Below the pieces are notes generated by a model, which did no database searches, had not been told where the DNA came from, and saw only the letters and a list, made by a program, of their open reading frames with translations. Shown here in pieces: positions 36,716 through 51,394 of a stretch of 64,000 bases of DNA (position 1 is its first letter; the number at the start of each line of letters is the position of its first letter). Source of the stretch: Strigamia acuminata (lineage: Eukaryota); NCBI GenBank assembly GCA_949358305.1, contig OX442314.1, forward strand, positions 14,012,001 through 14,076,000, in the 5' to 3' direction. The position numbers and the translations under genes are program-made.

Positions 36716-39700
36716 ATGATAGTCGACATCAAAAGTTTGTTCATAGTCACTGCAACTGTGACGTTTTTAGGACTCGTTTTGCATAGAAAAAATGTGATCG
36801 AACATAATAAATCACTCGTCATCAAGTGGCTGCAAGAAAGTGGTTTCGCTAAGTACAAAAACAATATTCTCGATTCAGGTAAGAATAGTTTTATTTTTGA
36901 TTGAAATTAATAGTAGAAATTTACAGAGAATTAAAAAATAAAGGTCTTCGCGCCGCCATTAAAAAAGTTGGATATAAAATGGAGAAAAAGTGATATTTGG
37001 GAGTTTTGTTTTACTGGAAAGTGAAAAGCGGTAAGGATGATAGAAGAAAATAAATGATTCGGATGTAATGGGAGATGTGAAGTGGATTCTGCCACACACA
37101 TGAAAGGGGAGGCTGAAGCTTATCGATCAATGGGTGCTCGGTTAACGTAACGTGCACTGCATTGGCTCTTATCACTATGACAACCTTGAACCAACTTGTA
37201 TGTAGTACATGTAGAGTATAACACAAATCAAAACTGAAAGACAATCGAGACGAGAAAAGCTGCTAGCATTTTGCATTTTATACAATTTTTTAATGTAAGT
37301 GCTCGTTTTTTCGCTTTTTCCATTTTCCAAACGCATTTTTTTATCTTTATTTTTTTTTATTCCGGCTTTAAAATCGAGTGTTTTCTTTCTTCAAATTGAT
37401 TGAAGCATCACGTTGCATGAAATCGCTTTTCGGACGATTCAATTTCGATCAATTTGTGGGAATGAGTGATGATTGATTGCGATGATGATTCTTTTGACAA
37501 AATGCCAATTTTTGCATATAGATAATTTATGTTTTAAATATTAAGATTTAATTTTTTTTATTTTGTTTTTTATTTTAATTTTTTTGTTTTTGATATTTTA
37601 TTTTCAGGCGTTAGTAATTTCTTGGAGCTCATAGATACAGAGCATCCTTCGAAAGCATTGCTTAAATTTAAAAATGAAGATCGCGTGAGATTTAAAACAG
37701 CTGCACAGGGACTTAAAGATCAACTTATTTTACAGCAGTGGTTTCAAGACAACAGTTTAAGTTCTTATCAGCAAAGGTAAGTGTCATTAAATGATGCACA
37801 AATAATGTTTTTTGTGCAAAAAGCATATTTTTTGTGCTTTTTATGGTTATATTCCAATTTGGGTAAAACCAAATGACGTGTTTTAGTATTTAGTAAAGAA
37901 TTAATGCGCATTTAACGTAATGAATCCATTTAATTAGTGCTGCTGGAACGGTGCGAGTCCAGGGAATTTTATCTTATTTTTGTTTGGTGGTTGTTGTTGT
38001 TGTTATTGCATTCAAAATGGCCGGATTTAAAACGTTCTTTTTATTATTTTCAAGTTAAGCGGATCATATCATTGATTGTTGTTTGATTTTGGCAGGCTTT
38101 TACCACCTTTACTTGCACTCGACGATGTGATTCAGGTTGATGACAGCCAGGTTGAGAAACTTATCGGAAAAGGGATTCGCGACTGGCAGCGAGCGAAGAA
38201 GACCGTGTCGAGCGAAGATGACCTGAAATATTTAAAAGAAGAATTATGGCAAAAATATGCGTTTTCAATTTTGCAAGAGATATGGACTTTAGGTAAGTTT
38301 TTAGTGTTTTAATATTTATTTATTTGTATTAGTTATTTGTGCAGTAAAATGAAATTTTGTTGTGAATTTAAATTTAAACAATATTTTTTTTGCGATGTTG
38401 ACCTTGTTAAGGACTAATGGTATCGCTATAAAACCCATTAAATATGTAATTCGATAGCCAACACCATTAAAATAACATGGGCTTAGTCGTAAAAGACGTT
38501 TAATGTCGGTTTAGGTAGAAGAAGCGATGATCGAAAGAAACCTTTGAACAAGTTTGGATTGTTTTCCTAAATGCAATAGAGAAAAAAAAATATTTACACG
38601 AGTAAACGATTAACGTTAACATGTGTGCATTTTCTCTGGCCTGGAAACAGCTGTCAACATTAAAGTGAATGGAAAATTTCAAAAGCACAATAACACCAGT
38701 GGTATTACTAATTCAATAAAAATAGATATATAACAATCGCCGCGAACATTAAATCACATCATTAAAACGGAAAATCTCAAAAATTGGCAGCGACCTAGCG
38801 GTGAAATTTAATATTTCAATCAGGAATGGGACTGTATCAAACTGTATCAAGGATCAACATATAGATAGTCAGGGGACAGTCATTTCAGCTTTGAAGTGTT
38901 CGCTTAATGTGTAATAAACTTTGGTCTGATGAGTCTAGCATTATCTTTAGCCAATGTTTTATTATTTTTATGAGTACGGTATTCGAGTGAATCATGTGTT
39001 TGTCATTGGTTGTCATTTGGCAGCATCCTTGCAAAAATATGTCATTAACTTTTGATTGACATGATAATCTAAGTTGGTGAAAATGATACTTTATGTTTTG
39101 GTTAGAAATCAGCGATGGCTGACTGTAGTGAGAATACACTGCTAACTTTGGCGGTTATTTTGTCGGTTTTGTGGTGGATCAAGCAATTCATTGACATTTT
39201 GTTAACAGTTATAATGCATCTGATTTTTGCAGCATTTTTCAATAATTTAATCAACTTATGTAATGTTTTGTTGATTTTATGTAAGCTTATTTGATTTATT
39301 TTACTTAATTTGACCCATTTTGGATTTATTTTATAGGGAGTATGCTTGTATTTTCGTTGTTCGTTGCCACGTTGGTGGGTGTCGCAAGTATGACTCAACC
39401 TGTATTCCACTCTGATCCCAGCATCGTTAAACGGAGTTTGTTTGAGTATGTCATAGGAAAATACCTCGTTCCGCAGAATTGCAAAGTCAATTTCGATTGG
39501 GACGAGCCTCAAGTTGTCGGGAATACCGTTTCCTTTGCAGCTAAGGTGAAATAAATAAATAAATAAATAAATAAAAATTACACTTAAAATTTCAATCATA
39601 ATGAAAATTATATTTTTATTTTAGTTTTTCCAGCGAAACGGAAGGCCGTACCCAATTTGTAACAAAGATAGTTTATTGGTTGAAATTACACAAGGAAGCT

Positions 39701-42580
39701 ATAAAGTTGCGACAGCGATGGAAATTGGTGGAACTGACCCAAATTTAGCCAATACTGCGCGGGTTAAGTTCACGGTCCGCCGATCTGGCGAATATCGAAT
39801 CTCAGTTATGGTTGGCAACAACCATGTCAAGGGGAGCCCTTTCATAAAAAATTTCGTATCAAGTAAATAAAATTAATGTTTAAATTGATAACCAATTTAT
39901 TATTTTAAATTTTTTAAATTTAGGACCACCTGATCCATCTAAAACGGGTTTTGTCAATCATTGCTCGACTATAGTATGCGCGCAGAGTTTGTTTCATCAT
40001 TTATTGATTGAACCACGAGATGATTATAATAATTTATGCACTTTTGCTAACATTAATGAAGCTGTAGAGGGATATAATATGGTTGTTACGAAAGTAATTG
40101 CATTTATAATGATTTTTTTGATAGAATTTTGATTAATAATGCAAAATTTAATCAAATATTTCCAGGCGGGTGAGCCGGAACCTACAAATAGTCAAGCTAA
40201 ATTAAATTACGATCTCGAGTCTCATCGTCTGACTTTACAATTTTGCCTAACGGAAGAAGGTTGTTACAGGGCATCTATAACTTATCACAATGAACCATTG
40301 AAAACGGGGGATTTTAACATTATTGTGCTCAATGGTAGAGAGATATGAATGAATTTGTTTTTTAAAAATATATATATATTTATTTTTTTTTGTGTAATTT
40401 TTTTTTATTGTAGCAAAGGAAGTGGATGTAGTTGAGAAGAATGTAGTTAAAAAGAGTCACAATATTTGGTATGAAGCGAAACTTTTATCAGTAAATGAGG
40501 AAAAGTATTCCAAAGCTAAAAAGGTTTATTGTTACATTTCTCCGAAGGTATAAATTTGAATATAAATAATAAAAGGAATTTTTAGATTTATTTAAATAAT
40601 TTTGGTGTGATTTTTGTCTCTTTTCAATAGCAATTGACGATAAAAGAAACAATTTTTAAGTTTTTTCCAAAGCGTCTTGCTACATTTCGGTTATGTCCAT
40701 CAACCAAAGTGAATACAGAAAATTTATTCATTATAATTTGTCTTTTAATTTTTAATTTTTGTCCTCTAGTTCCAGTTTTGTGATGGGAATAATCAGTACG
40801 AAGAACCAGCATTTGTTGTTGACGATGGTTGTCAGCCTAAAGTGGAACTTATGACACCAGAAAGAAATGTAATCGCAGCTACTTTTACGCAGTTTTTGTT
40901 GAAAAACATTGGTGGATCTGAGACGTTTAAAGACAAGCAAGAATTTTTTTATCACGAAGTACGAAATGTTCATAAAAAACGTTACCACGATAAGTTGCCA
41001 ATCAAAATTCAACGTGACAAACTGTTGGAATCTGTAAGAATATCAAGCTGCCTAAAAATATACATCAAGCTTACACATTTATTTTGAAAACAATCACAAT
41101 TATAGTCATCCAAAGCTACAAAGAGTTTTACAACAGCAGATTGGTGCAAGAGCTTCGAAATAACATTCGTAGGAGAACAAGGTTTGCTTGTATTGGTTTT
41201 TTTCCATTGTGACATTTTAATTTAATTTTTGTCTTAGGTCTCGACTGGGGTGGACTTCGACGAGAATGGTTTGAAGTTGTGTGCTCCGAAATTTTTGATC
41301 CCGAAAACCAGTTATTTATGCGCTTTAAAGACGATAAACAAAGCTTAGTAAGTCAAATTAACACCCACTTTTCGCAACGTAAAATAACGAATTGACTCGT
41401 TTAGGTTCATCCAAATCCCAAAAGGCCTGCACATCTTAAGTTAAAACATTACGAGTTTGCTGGAAAAATTGTAGGCAAATGTTTATACGAATCTGCATTA
41501 GGGGGTTTGTATAGACAATTAGTTAAAGCCCGCTTCTCTCGCTCCTTTCTTGCACAACTAATTGGTTTAAGAGTTCATTACAAAGTAAGCGTTTAGTAAT
41601 TTAAAAACAAATGTTTTGGCAATATCTAACTAATTCAATTGATGCAGTATTTTGAACAAGACGACCCCGATTTGTACGTGTCTAAAATCAAATATATAAT
41701 CGAGAATGACGTTGAGGAAATGGAATTAACATTCACCGAAGAAGAATATAGTGACACGGGCCAATTAGTAAAGGTAATTAGTTATTGAACGTTATTTGAA
41801 TATGTCTAAAAATGTTAAATTTTTAAGGTCGAAGAACTCATTACAAATGGCGCTCGTATATCAGTTACAAATCAGAATAAATTACAATATCTCGATGCCT
41901 TGGCTCAATACCGTCTTGCAACCAGCGTTAAGTTTGAAGTGGAAGCGTTTCTTAAGGGATTGAGTGATTTAATTCCTGATAGTTTGCTCAGTATTTTTGA
42001 TGAAAACGAATTAGAGGTATGGAATCGAGTTAAATAATCCGCAAAATAATCAGTGGTAATTGTCTAATTGATTTTGCTTTACAGTTGTTGATGTGCGGTA
42101 CTGGACATTATAGTATCGCTGATTTTAAAGCAAATCACACCGTTAGCGGTTCGTCTTACGAATTTAGAAAAGTAAATGGAGACCAAATTGATTTAGGAAA
42201 CGAATTTTTGTTAATTTATTTTATTCGCTTTAGGTTTTGGAGTGGTTCTGGACTGCCGTATCTAATTTTTCAGAGGAGGAAATGGCTCGGTTACTGCAAT
42301 TTACTACCGGTTGCTCTCAATTACCTCCGGGAGGCTTCGCGGAACTCAGTCCTCGATATCAAATTACCGCGGCTCCGACGTTTGGCAATTTGCCAACAGC
42401 TCACACTTGGTATGCTTGAAAGTCATCCAGGATTTTAATAAAATTAAATGTTTTTTTTTTCAATATTTTTTTTGCAGTTTCAATCAGCTTTGCTTACCCG
42501 ATTACGACACTTACGAACAATTCGAAAAGGCATTGTTACTAGCAGTGAATGAGGGAACCGAAGGATTCGGTCTGGTTTAA
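36716..42580 (+). CDS. AREL1: apoptosis-resistant HECT E3 ubiquitin ligase 1 (filamin repeat plus HECT), ~18 exons
   Basis: SLFEYVIGKYLVPQNCKVNFDWDEP, filamin-like YRISVMVGNNHVKGSPF, KNIGGSETFKDKQEFFY, GLDWGGLRREWFE, ARLLQFTTGCSQLPPGGF, catalytic LPTAHT-C-FNQLCLP (Cys split by an intron), ending EGFGLV*. First exons 36716-36878, 37608-37776, 38096-38292, 39337-39545 are less certain. Confidence 0.92.
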
Positions 42581-43356
42581 CCAGTTTAACAGATAATTTT
42601 TATGGAGAAAAAAATGCCCGTGAATCTCTTATGCGTTTTTGAAACGAAAGTGAATTTTCAACACAGTTTTTAGTAGGGTCATTGTCGAATTCAGCATAAA
42701 ATATATGGTAATTTGTTGAGATTTTTACCTAAAACTTGTGAAAATGTCTATACACATTTCTAAAGATCTTAATTCATCGTAATAATCCTGATTCATAACG
42801 CATTGTTCGATCTAAGGGACGTAGCACACTTTTTTGTGATATTCCGTTTTGCTATGATACAGCTTTAGTTAATTGCTTGTTTTCTCTCAGGTATTGGTTT
42901 TAAAGTGTTATTAATTCCAAACGTACCAAAACTTCTGTTTTATTTATCCAAGAAGGAATGGAAAACACCGTCCAATTCTTGTTGTAATTATTTATTTGGT
43001 TTTATGAATAACAATTAACAAATTAGGTTAATGCTTGTTACTGCTTGATATTTATGTATGGGGGTATAATATAATAGATTTTGCTTGGCATTTGTCATTT
43101 TTTTTATAGATATTTTTTAACTTTTTATTTTTTTTATGTTTGTTTTGTTTTGATTTTCGGTAAATTTAATATTACTACTTAAAATCAATTTTTAAAATTT
43201 TTTTTTAATGTAAATTTTAAAACTTTTTTTTTGGTGAATTATTCGGTAATTTCTACGTACATTACAATACATTCGTATTATTATGACGTAATTTGTTATA
43301 ACCTGTTTCTGAATAAAAGAAGAATACTTCCATTCCATCTGAAATAATTTTTATTT

Positions 43357-46300
43357 TCATAATCTTGAAACCGCCGTCACTTCTGTCTCTGTTCCGAGGG
43401 GCTCTTTAACAATTACATCATCTTCAATGTTTAGGTTTTGTAAATCGGTTTTGTCTATTTTTCCCTGATTTTCTATGTCCTTTTCATCGTTTGAATTAGC
43501 TTCCTGCTTCCTACTATCATGAATCAACCATCTATAATTTTACAAGAGTAACTGAATTTCAAGGTCGTTTTCTTATTTCATTTGTTGCGTAATTGAATTA
43601 ACTTACAATAACGAAAGTATAACGATAAAAAATACTGCACTGCTGACCATGAACACAGTTCCCGGAAAACTTTTGATAGTTAAGTTATAGACTTGACTGT
43701 ACATAACTCCAGAAACAATTGGAATTCCCGATTCTATCACAGCCAAAACTGCAAATGCTTTTCCTAATTTTAAAATATTTTTTAAGTTAAATGCTGGCCA
43801 TTATTATAATTGCTGTTAATAGTTATTATTGTAATGAACAGGAAACTCAAAAACTTACCTACTTCATTAGGTTTCAAACATTTAGTCATTAAAGATCGAA
43901 TTGGTGGCCCAGAGCATTCGTATAGTAATGGGATTACACCTAAACAATTGCATTCCATTAAAAAATCATTTTCAGTCACAAAGTATTACGTACATTCAAA
44001 GTTTCTACGTGGTTGTTGACATTTCTGTCAACAGTACAGATTGACAACAAAAATATGCCTAACTAATAATTGTATGTCGGGCATTTATTCGGAGCTTTAC
44101 GGTGTTTTATGATAATATTTAATAAATATTCCACGCATGCTGCGTAGTAGTGATATTAAATTTTAAGTTTAGTGTGGGGGGTTTAATTAAAGGTCTTAGT
44201 AGGCGTTAGATTGTAAGCCTAACTCAGATTTCATTTAGCTGTTGTAATAATTCATTTTCACCCAATGAACGACTTGCATATTTTCCATCAGCTACTTTGA
44301 ACATAATTGTGCTTTTATGATGGTTTTATGATGGTGGATGTGTCACCTGACAGCATTACAGCAATTAGAAGTTCGTCTTCTAGATCTAACTTGTGCGGTA
44401 GCCATTTTCAATTTGGTTGTAAAAACCAGACATAGCTTTGTACTTCAAAAACCACTTCAGTTTTTGCGGGTTTTGATGCTGGTTTATGGCTATTTTGGTG
44501 TCCATTCTGTTTATATAAACACTAAAAACCACAAACTTTGAATTTACGAAATCTTTTTTTACTCACCACAATACATCACCCACCCCGCCTGACTAAATGC
44601 AGTTACTGTTTCTGCAATTATTTTAGAAGTAATAGCCAAAATTGCCACAGTGTAATCACTCAATCTCACAATTCTAGTAAGGAACGGTATTATTGCAATT
44701 ACACCTGTAATTTTACAAAATAACTACAAAAACCATACTTGGATTTACACCATCACAATTCACAAGTTTATCATTTTATTCTCACCAAAAGATCCAACGG
44801 CTAATATAGTTGCTGTGTAATAGCTAAACTCTGCTTCAGTCCATTTAAATTTAAGTCGAGTGTATAGATAACGGACATTGCCCTCACCTGTAATTAATAT
44901 GCAAGAAATAAGTATAACAGTACGGAGGAGGTCTGACCCATAACATCAATATGTCTAACAAGTATTTTTTTTCTTTCTATTTCAAAATAACATACCTGTA
45001 ATAGGTAAAAATAAACCGCATAGAGCAAACATAAGAATCCATAAATGAAGTCTTTTATTTGATGGTCGTTTTTTCAAACAGGTACGAAAACTTTCTATAA
45101 CATTTTTCCAATCAAATAAATCAAGAAAGCAACCTCTAGACGCTCGTGCTTTTTCGTCCATTGGTGCTATAGGTGCTTCTGCACACACGAAATCAATATT
45201 TACAATTGTTTTTCACAATATTATTTTTTTGCCCAGGAAATCTGCATATTTGCCAATCACATCAACTTTTGTTAAATTTTGCCCCCACGCGCTTTGCTGC
45301 ACTGCACCCATTAATTCTATTGGTCGGTACAGATAAAATATACTGTTTGTTTAAATTCTTTTGTTTAAGTACAATGACTGCTAAGTATCTAGAAATCTAG
45401 AAATAAACAGATTTCCCGGGGATGATTGTTACCTTTAAGAATGAATATGGCGTAGAGAAGGCAAGTTGTGAGTATCACAGTTCCCACAATAAAAACGACG
45501 GTGAAGCCATACTCTTGCATTAATACTCCACCTATCACAGACCCAATGGGTGAACCCAGAAACCAAGCACCGTACACGAATCCAATTCGAACAGTGCGCG
45601 ATTTTGGAGTCGACACGTCAGTCACATAGGCGAAAACAGCCATTACCATTGTCATCATTCCTCCAGATAATCCAGCAAATGCTGGACCCAATAGAAGAAA
45701 CAAAGGGGGCAATTCATCAAATTGTGCTGACAAAATATAAACGATAGAAGCCAAAATAGCTCCTACTAAAGGCAGAATCATAGGCAACTGCAATAGAAAC
45801 CAACGGAAACGTCATTTCGTTAAAGTGTATATAAATGCAATACGCTAATAGTTTGTTATTATTTTAAATTTGCAAAAAAGGTCATCCTGTATGAGTAAAA
45901 CAAGTACTGAGTTCTAATTGCACACTAATTAAAGAAAGATAAACATTGCCTCACCTTCCGACCATGGCGGTCGCTCCAAGGACCGAGGAACACAATAAAA
46001 ACTAGAGACGGAACAGTTTGAATAATAACCCAATACATGCCGTAAACGGAAGCGACTTTTTGCACTTCTTTTTCTAAAACTGGGTTGCTAGTCAGATTTC
46101 TGCACACCTCTACGTCGTAATGAAAAGTACCTCTGCAGATTTTGTATATTTTAAGGCTTTGCGCAATGATAAACATCATCATCATGGATAAGGCTTTAAG
46201 AAAGATCATGGGCTCTACAGTGACACCCTGAAATCCACGTACAATTAACGACGTACATTTGTCCAAAATGTCTGGTAAGGCATCAGTAGTGGCTTTGCTG

Positions 46301-46368
46301 TCCGATTTGGTTTTGACTTTTTCTGCATCTTCCATTGCTTTCTGCGGTTGGTTCTGCGAGTTATGCAT
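43357..46368 (-). CDS. SLC46-family (PCFT-like) MFS transporter, paralog 1
   Basis: VTVEP, KICR…C luminal loop, GPWSDRHGRK, FAYVTDVS…RTVR; spliced to a TGA at 43357-43359. Confidence 0.88.
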
Positions 46369-47035
46369 TTAGAGTAGAAGAAAAGTAGAAAAGCAAATGC
46401 GAACTGTGCGAAGCGTGCCCTCCACTTGATGGGTTTTTTTTGTTACCTATTGCTCCACCTAGCGTCAACTGAATAGAATCTATAAAATTTTAGTACACGG
46501 ATCTGGTTTTGGCTTCACTGCTACGCCGTTGACAATAGAAATTTATGATTAATAAAAATTTGCATTATCGTTTAATAGTTTGAAATCAATTTATTACATT
46601 CGAGGTCAGTTGATGAAATTCTTATTTTTTTTATTCTGCAACAAATCACTTCGAAGACATGTTGAAGGAAATGCTTGCTGAGGATTACGAAAACATTCGA
46701 GGAACAAAAAGTTATCACTGAATACGATCACGTAGCAATTGAATTATTATACAACACTTGAGAAAAATATTTTATTTCAACTGCGCTCTATTACAGCTTC
46801 AGAATATTTTCTGTTTGTTTTTCGTTTCCATTTTTTCTTTCTTTCTTCACCTCAGTTAAATTATGTACCAAAATGAAGACTGAAGTAATTTTTTTTATGT
46901 TGTTGAGCTAAATTTCAAAAGTTTACAGTTCACTGAACTTTAAACATGGAACTGGTTGTGTTTATTTTCATTTGGGTCATTTAAATACCAAACAAGTTCC
47001 AGCAATTGACGCGCACGCAATCTCAAACAAATTCG

Positions 47036-49022
47036 TCACTGCGAAATAGAACTTCTCACTCTCATTAATCTCATATGAGTAGACACAGGTTGGTTTTCTT
47101 GATCAAGTGTATTAGAAATTGTATCATTGCAAATGTCTTTAATTCTGGCAGTGTCGTTATCTTGGTCTTTTGCTTCCCTTTTTTCATTTCTCCACGTATC
47201 GTATACAATCCACCTGAAAATAAGCGATAATAAATACAGAAAAAATTGTTGAATAAATTGAATAAAAGCCTTTGATTGCACGCATCGTAACTCACGACAT
47301 AATGGAGAGAATTAAAATGTAAATTCCACAACTGGCCAGAAAAACAGCTCCAGGAAATTCGTCATGAGTGGCGTTGTAAAGTTGGCTGTATAATGCACCG
47401 GAGAGAATTGGAATTCCACATTCAATAACCGACAACATTGCAAATAACTTTCCTGTCAAATACAAAAAAATACAAATTCAAGCAATTTTGATAGATTAAT
47501 TTAATATCTATTGAAATTACCAACTTCATCCTTTTCAATGCACCGAATGAGTAAACTCCGCATGGGAGAATAAGAATATTCGTTTACCAAAATTAATGGA
47601 GCTAATAAATAGAAAATAAGAATAAAACTTTTCAATAAAAATTTTACGCCATTTTAAGAACCGATAAATAACATCCATCCAGCAGTGCTGAAAGCCGTAA
47701 TAATATCAACAACTAAGCAGCCTGTGACCCCCATTATGAATAAATACATATCGTCAACTTTGGCTTGTTTGATTAAAAATGGCATGAGAATGACTGAAGC
47801 TGAAATTGATACATGGTGAATTAGATTAATTGTGTTTAATTCAAATTAAGTCAAGAGTGACATACAGAAAAAACAGATGATAGATTCCGACATCACACTG
47901 TAACTAAACGTAGTGTCGGACCATTCAAACATCAAACGAGTGAATAAGTAATAAACACTGGCATTTCCTTCATTTTGAATAAATAAATTTAAAAATAAAA
48001 AAATAAAAAATTTATATTTAACAACTTCATTTTCACTTTTACCTATAAATGCTAAATAGAAAACGCATTTACACACAGTAAGCAGCCACAAATAGAGTCT
48101 TTTACGTCCAGGCCTCCTTTTAATAAAACTTCGAAAACTATCTTTCATGTTTTGTCTATTAAAAAAGTCCTTCAGTTTGCTGGTATTTGTGACCGACACA
48201 GGGCGAGGTATATCTACAAATTCCAACTCAGTTTTTTACATCATTAATAATTTATCGCATTTATTACCTTTAATCATAATAATTGTATAGATCAAACATA
48301 CAAAAAGAATTAGTATTCCAACGCTAAAAACACACGCGTAACCCCAATTCTTGAGCAAAATTCCAGCAAGAAATGAACCAATTGGAGACCCGAGATACCA
48401 TGCGCCATTCATGAATCCCATTCGCATTGTACGCGTTGATTCATCGGTGGTATCTGTGATGTAGCCAAAGATTGCAACTGACAAGGTCGCATAACCGCCA
48501 GACAAACAAACAATGACTGGTTTTAATAAAAGAAAATATGGTGGAAGTTTCTCAAACTCTGCTAGTGACAAGGGAATTAATGCCGACAAAGCGTAAGTGG
48601 TCATTGACATCACCATTGGCAACTTCAACGGAAACGTTTCATTAGAGCAAATTATGAATGAAAAATGTTATTTTACTAACCTTTCTGCCATGACGGTCGC
48701 TCCAAGGACCCAAAAAAGTGACGAAAATCAGAGATGGGATGGTTTCTACTAAAGAGAAGTATAAAGAATAGGTAGAAGCTACTTTTTGTACCTCAGCTTC
48801 TAGATGTGGATATGAAGTCAAGTTTTCGCAAGTTTTTGCGTCGTGATGAAAAGTAACTCGGCAAATCTTATGAACTGTCAAACTAGCAATGTATAACTCA
48901 ATCAATATCATGGAAATTGATAGGAGGAAGATGACAGGTTCTAAAGTTATCGATGTTAGTGCTTGTCGAAATCGCGCGTGCGGTGTTTTTTGTGGATTTG
49001 CTACTGGGTTAGAGTTAGACAT
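47036..49022 (-). CDS. SLC46-family MFS transporter, paralog 2
   Basis: ITLEP, GPWSDRHGRK, GYITDTT…RTMR; same exon pattern as paralog 1. Confidence 0.88.
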
Positions 49023-49439
49023 GTTGGTGCTAAGTCATTCCATGCTAACTTAAGCTTGCCAATAAATTTCTTGCTTTTTATTTGCCCATGGTGCTTACTT
49101 AATTTTTCAATTGCACTGAATTAGTTGAGTGACTTATCGTGCCAGTAATAAAAACATAATAAAAAGAACATTAAAAAGAAAAAAGAAAAGAATAAAATCA
49201 AGCAAAAAAAAATGTTTTAAATACAAAAATTTGGAAGATTACATCTAATTTTCACAAACAAAGAAAATCTGGTCTGGCCAATTATGACACTCTGGTGTTC
49301 AGTTACTTCGTATTTTGGCTTACCTTCATAGCCATGCTCTTTTGGGACGACATTTTTATTTAATACATTAAATTGAATACGGTATTATATATTTCTCATA
49401 ATTTTCAAATAAAAGTCTTTTCCATTTTTACAAAGTAAC

Positions 49440-51394
49440 TCAAAGATTAAAATCATGATAATTTTTATTAGCTACCGGTACTTCTTTAGCAGGCAATTGA
49501 TTTTCAGGAATAGTTGAAATCTGTTCAGCAGGTTCATCTGATTCATTCTTTACATCTTTAATGTAGCTGTAATTCAAAGTTTTTGTATTTATTAAAACTT
49601 ATTTGATAGCCATTAATTGATCCAAATTCTTATTACAACATGATAAAAATGGCAATAAGAAAGAATCCTGCTCCAACCAAATACACAGTTCCAGGAAAGA
49701 CATCAAGAGTAGCGTGATAAATTTGTGTGTAAATAGTCGATCTAATTAATGCACCTAGGCTTCCCAAAATGGCTAAAGCAGAAAACATTTTTCCTGAAAC
49801 CAAAAAAAAAGACAAAAATTACCAAATACTGACCGATTACAGTTGATCTATTTTACCAACTTCATCTGGATCAACACACTGAGACAATAACGAACGAATA
49901 GGAGAAGAAACACATTCATTCACTAAAATAAGCAATGCTAAAAAATAGAAAACCATAAGTTATGCAATTTCTTGACCCAATTGAATAATACCGAGAAACA
50001 GCATCCAGCCAGCAACAGCAAAAGCAATAATATTGTACTGTGCTAAAATTCCAATTAGTCCGATTAAATATAAGTAACTATCCTTCACTTTTAAGCATTT
50101 GATTAAAAAAGGAAGGAGAACCACAGCAGCTGAAAATATTTAAATTGAATAAAAATATTTAATTTATTTTGTTCTATAATTTTCTTACCAAAGAAGCCAA
50201 CTACGTAACAATAAGTCACGAAGTAGCTATACAACTGATCAGACCATTCAAATTTTAATCGAGCATAAAGATAAAGCATATCTAATGAGATTCGAGCAGA
50301 AATTAACTTTCTTTTACTACAGAAATAAAAAAATAACAGTCTTACCAACGGAGCCCAGCATAGTTATTAAATTACACACTGTCAAAATCCACAAACGACG
50401 TCTCTTGTTTCCATTTCTTTTTTTCGTGAATGTTCTAAACATGTCATGACAGTTTTTATAATTGAAAAAATGTTTTATATCAAAAGTTGAATTCTTATGT
50501 TCATTCCCACTTTCTGACTGCAGAGATTCTATTAAAAACAAGTGTGAAAGTTTAAAACTGAGACTTGGATGGCACCGTATTGTATGTACGTACCTTTAAT
50601 AAAGAACATTGTATAAAGTAAGCAGATCGAATTGAGAAATACTCCCACTCCGAAAACACAGGTATATCCCCAATTCTTCAACAGAAATCCAGCTAAAAGT
50701 GAACCAATCGGACATCCGATGTAAAACACTCCATTCACAATGCTGAATCGCAATGTACGAGTTTTTTCATCAGTAATATCAGACAAATAACTACAGAAAA
50801 TGACATTAGCGGCAAGAAAACCTCCTGACAAACTCGTGATGGTAGGCATTAAAAGTAGAAAAGATGGTGATAATTCTTCAATTTCGTAGGCCAAAATGGG
50901 AATGATTGTAGAAACGAGATATGTCGATATTTGTAAAACCATTGGAAACTTTAACAAATAAAATAGTATAATTTAGTGAGGTTTATTTCAGAGTAATTAC
51001 ATACCTTTCGACCAAATCTGTCGCTCCATGAACCAAGGAAAAAGAGAAAAATTAAAGACGGAATGGTCTCCAATATGGTGAAGTAGAGTTGATAATTTGC
51101 AGCTACTTTCTGCACTGCAGTTTCCAAATTGACAATACTTGTTAAGTTGTGACAAGTATCACTGTCGTTTTTAAATTCAACCCGACAGATTTTGTACATT
51201 AAAAGACTGTCCAAGTATAAATTTGACAGATTCAATGAAATTGCTATTATAAATATTACGGGTTCCAATGTTATCGATTTTAGCACATTAAGAATCAATG
51301 TCATGCGATTAATTGATGAATCTGTGGTGTTTGTCAATCTTTCAGTGCTAGAACTGCAAACGACTACCGAGTGTTGCTCAATTTCTATTGCCAT
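49440..51394 (-). CDS. SLC46-family MFS transporter, paralog 3
   Basis: ITLEP, GSWSDRFGRK, SYLSDIT…RTLR; terminal exon ends at TGA 49440-49442. Confidence 0.86.
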
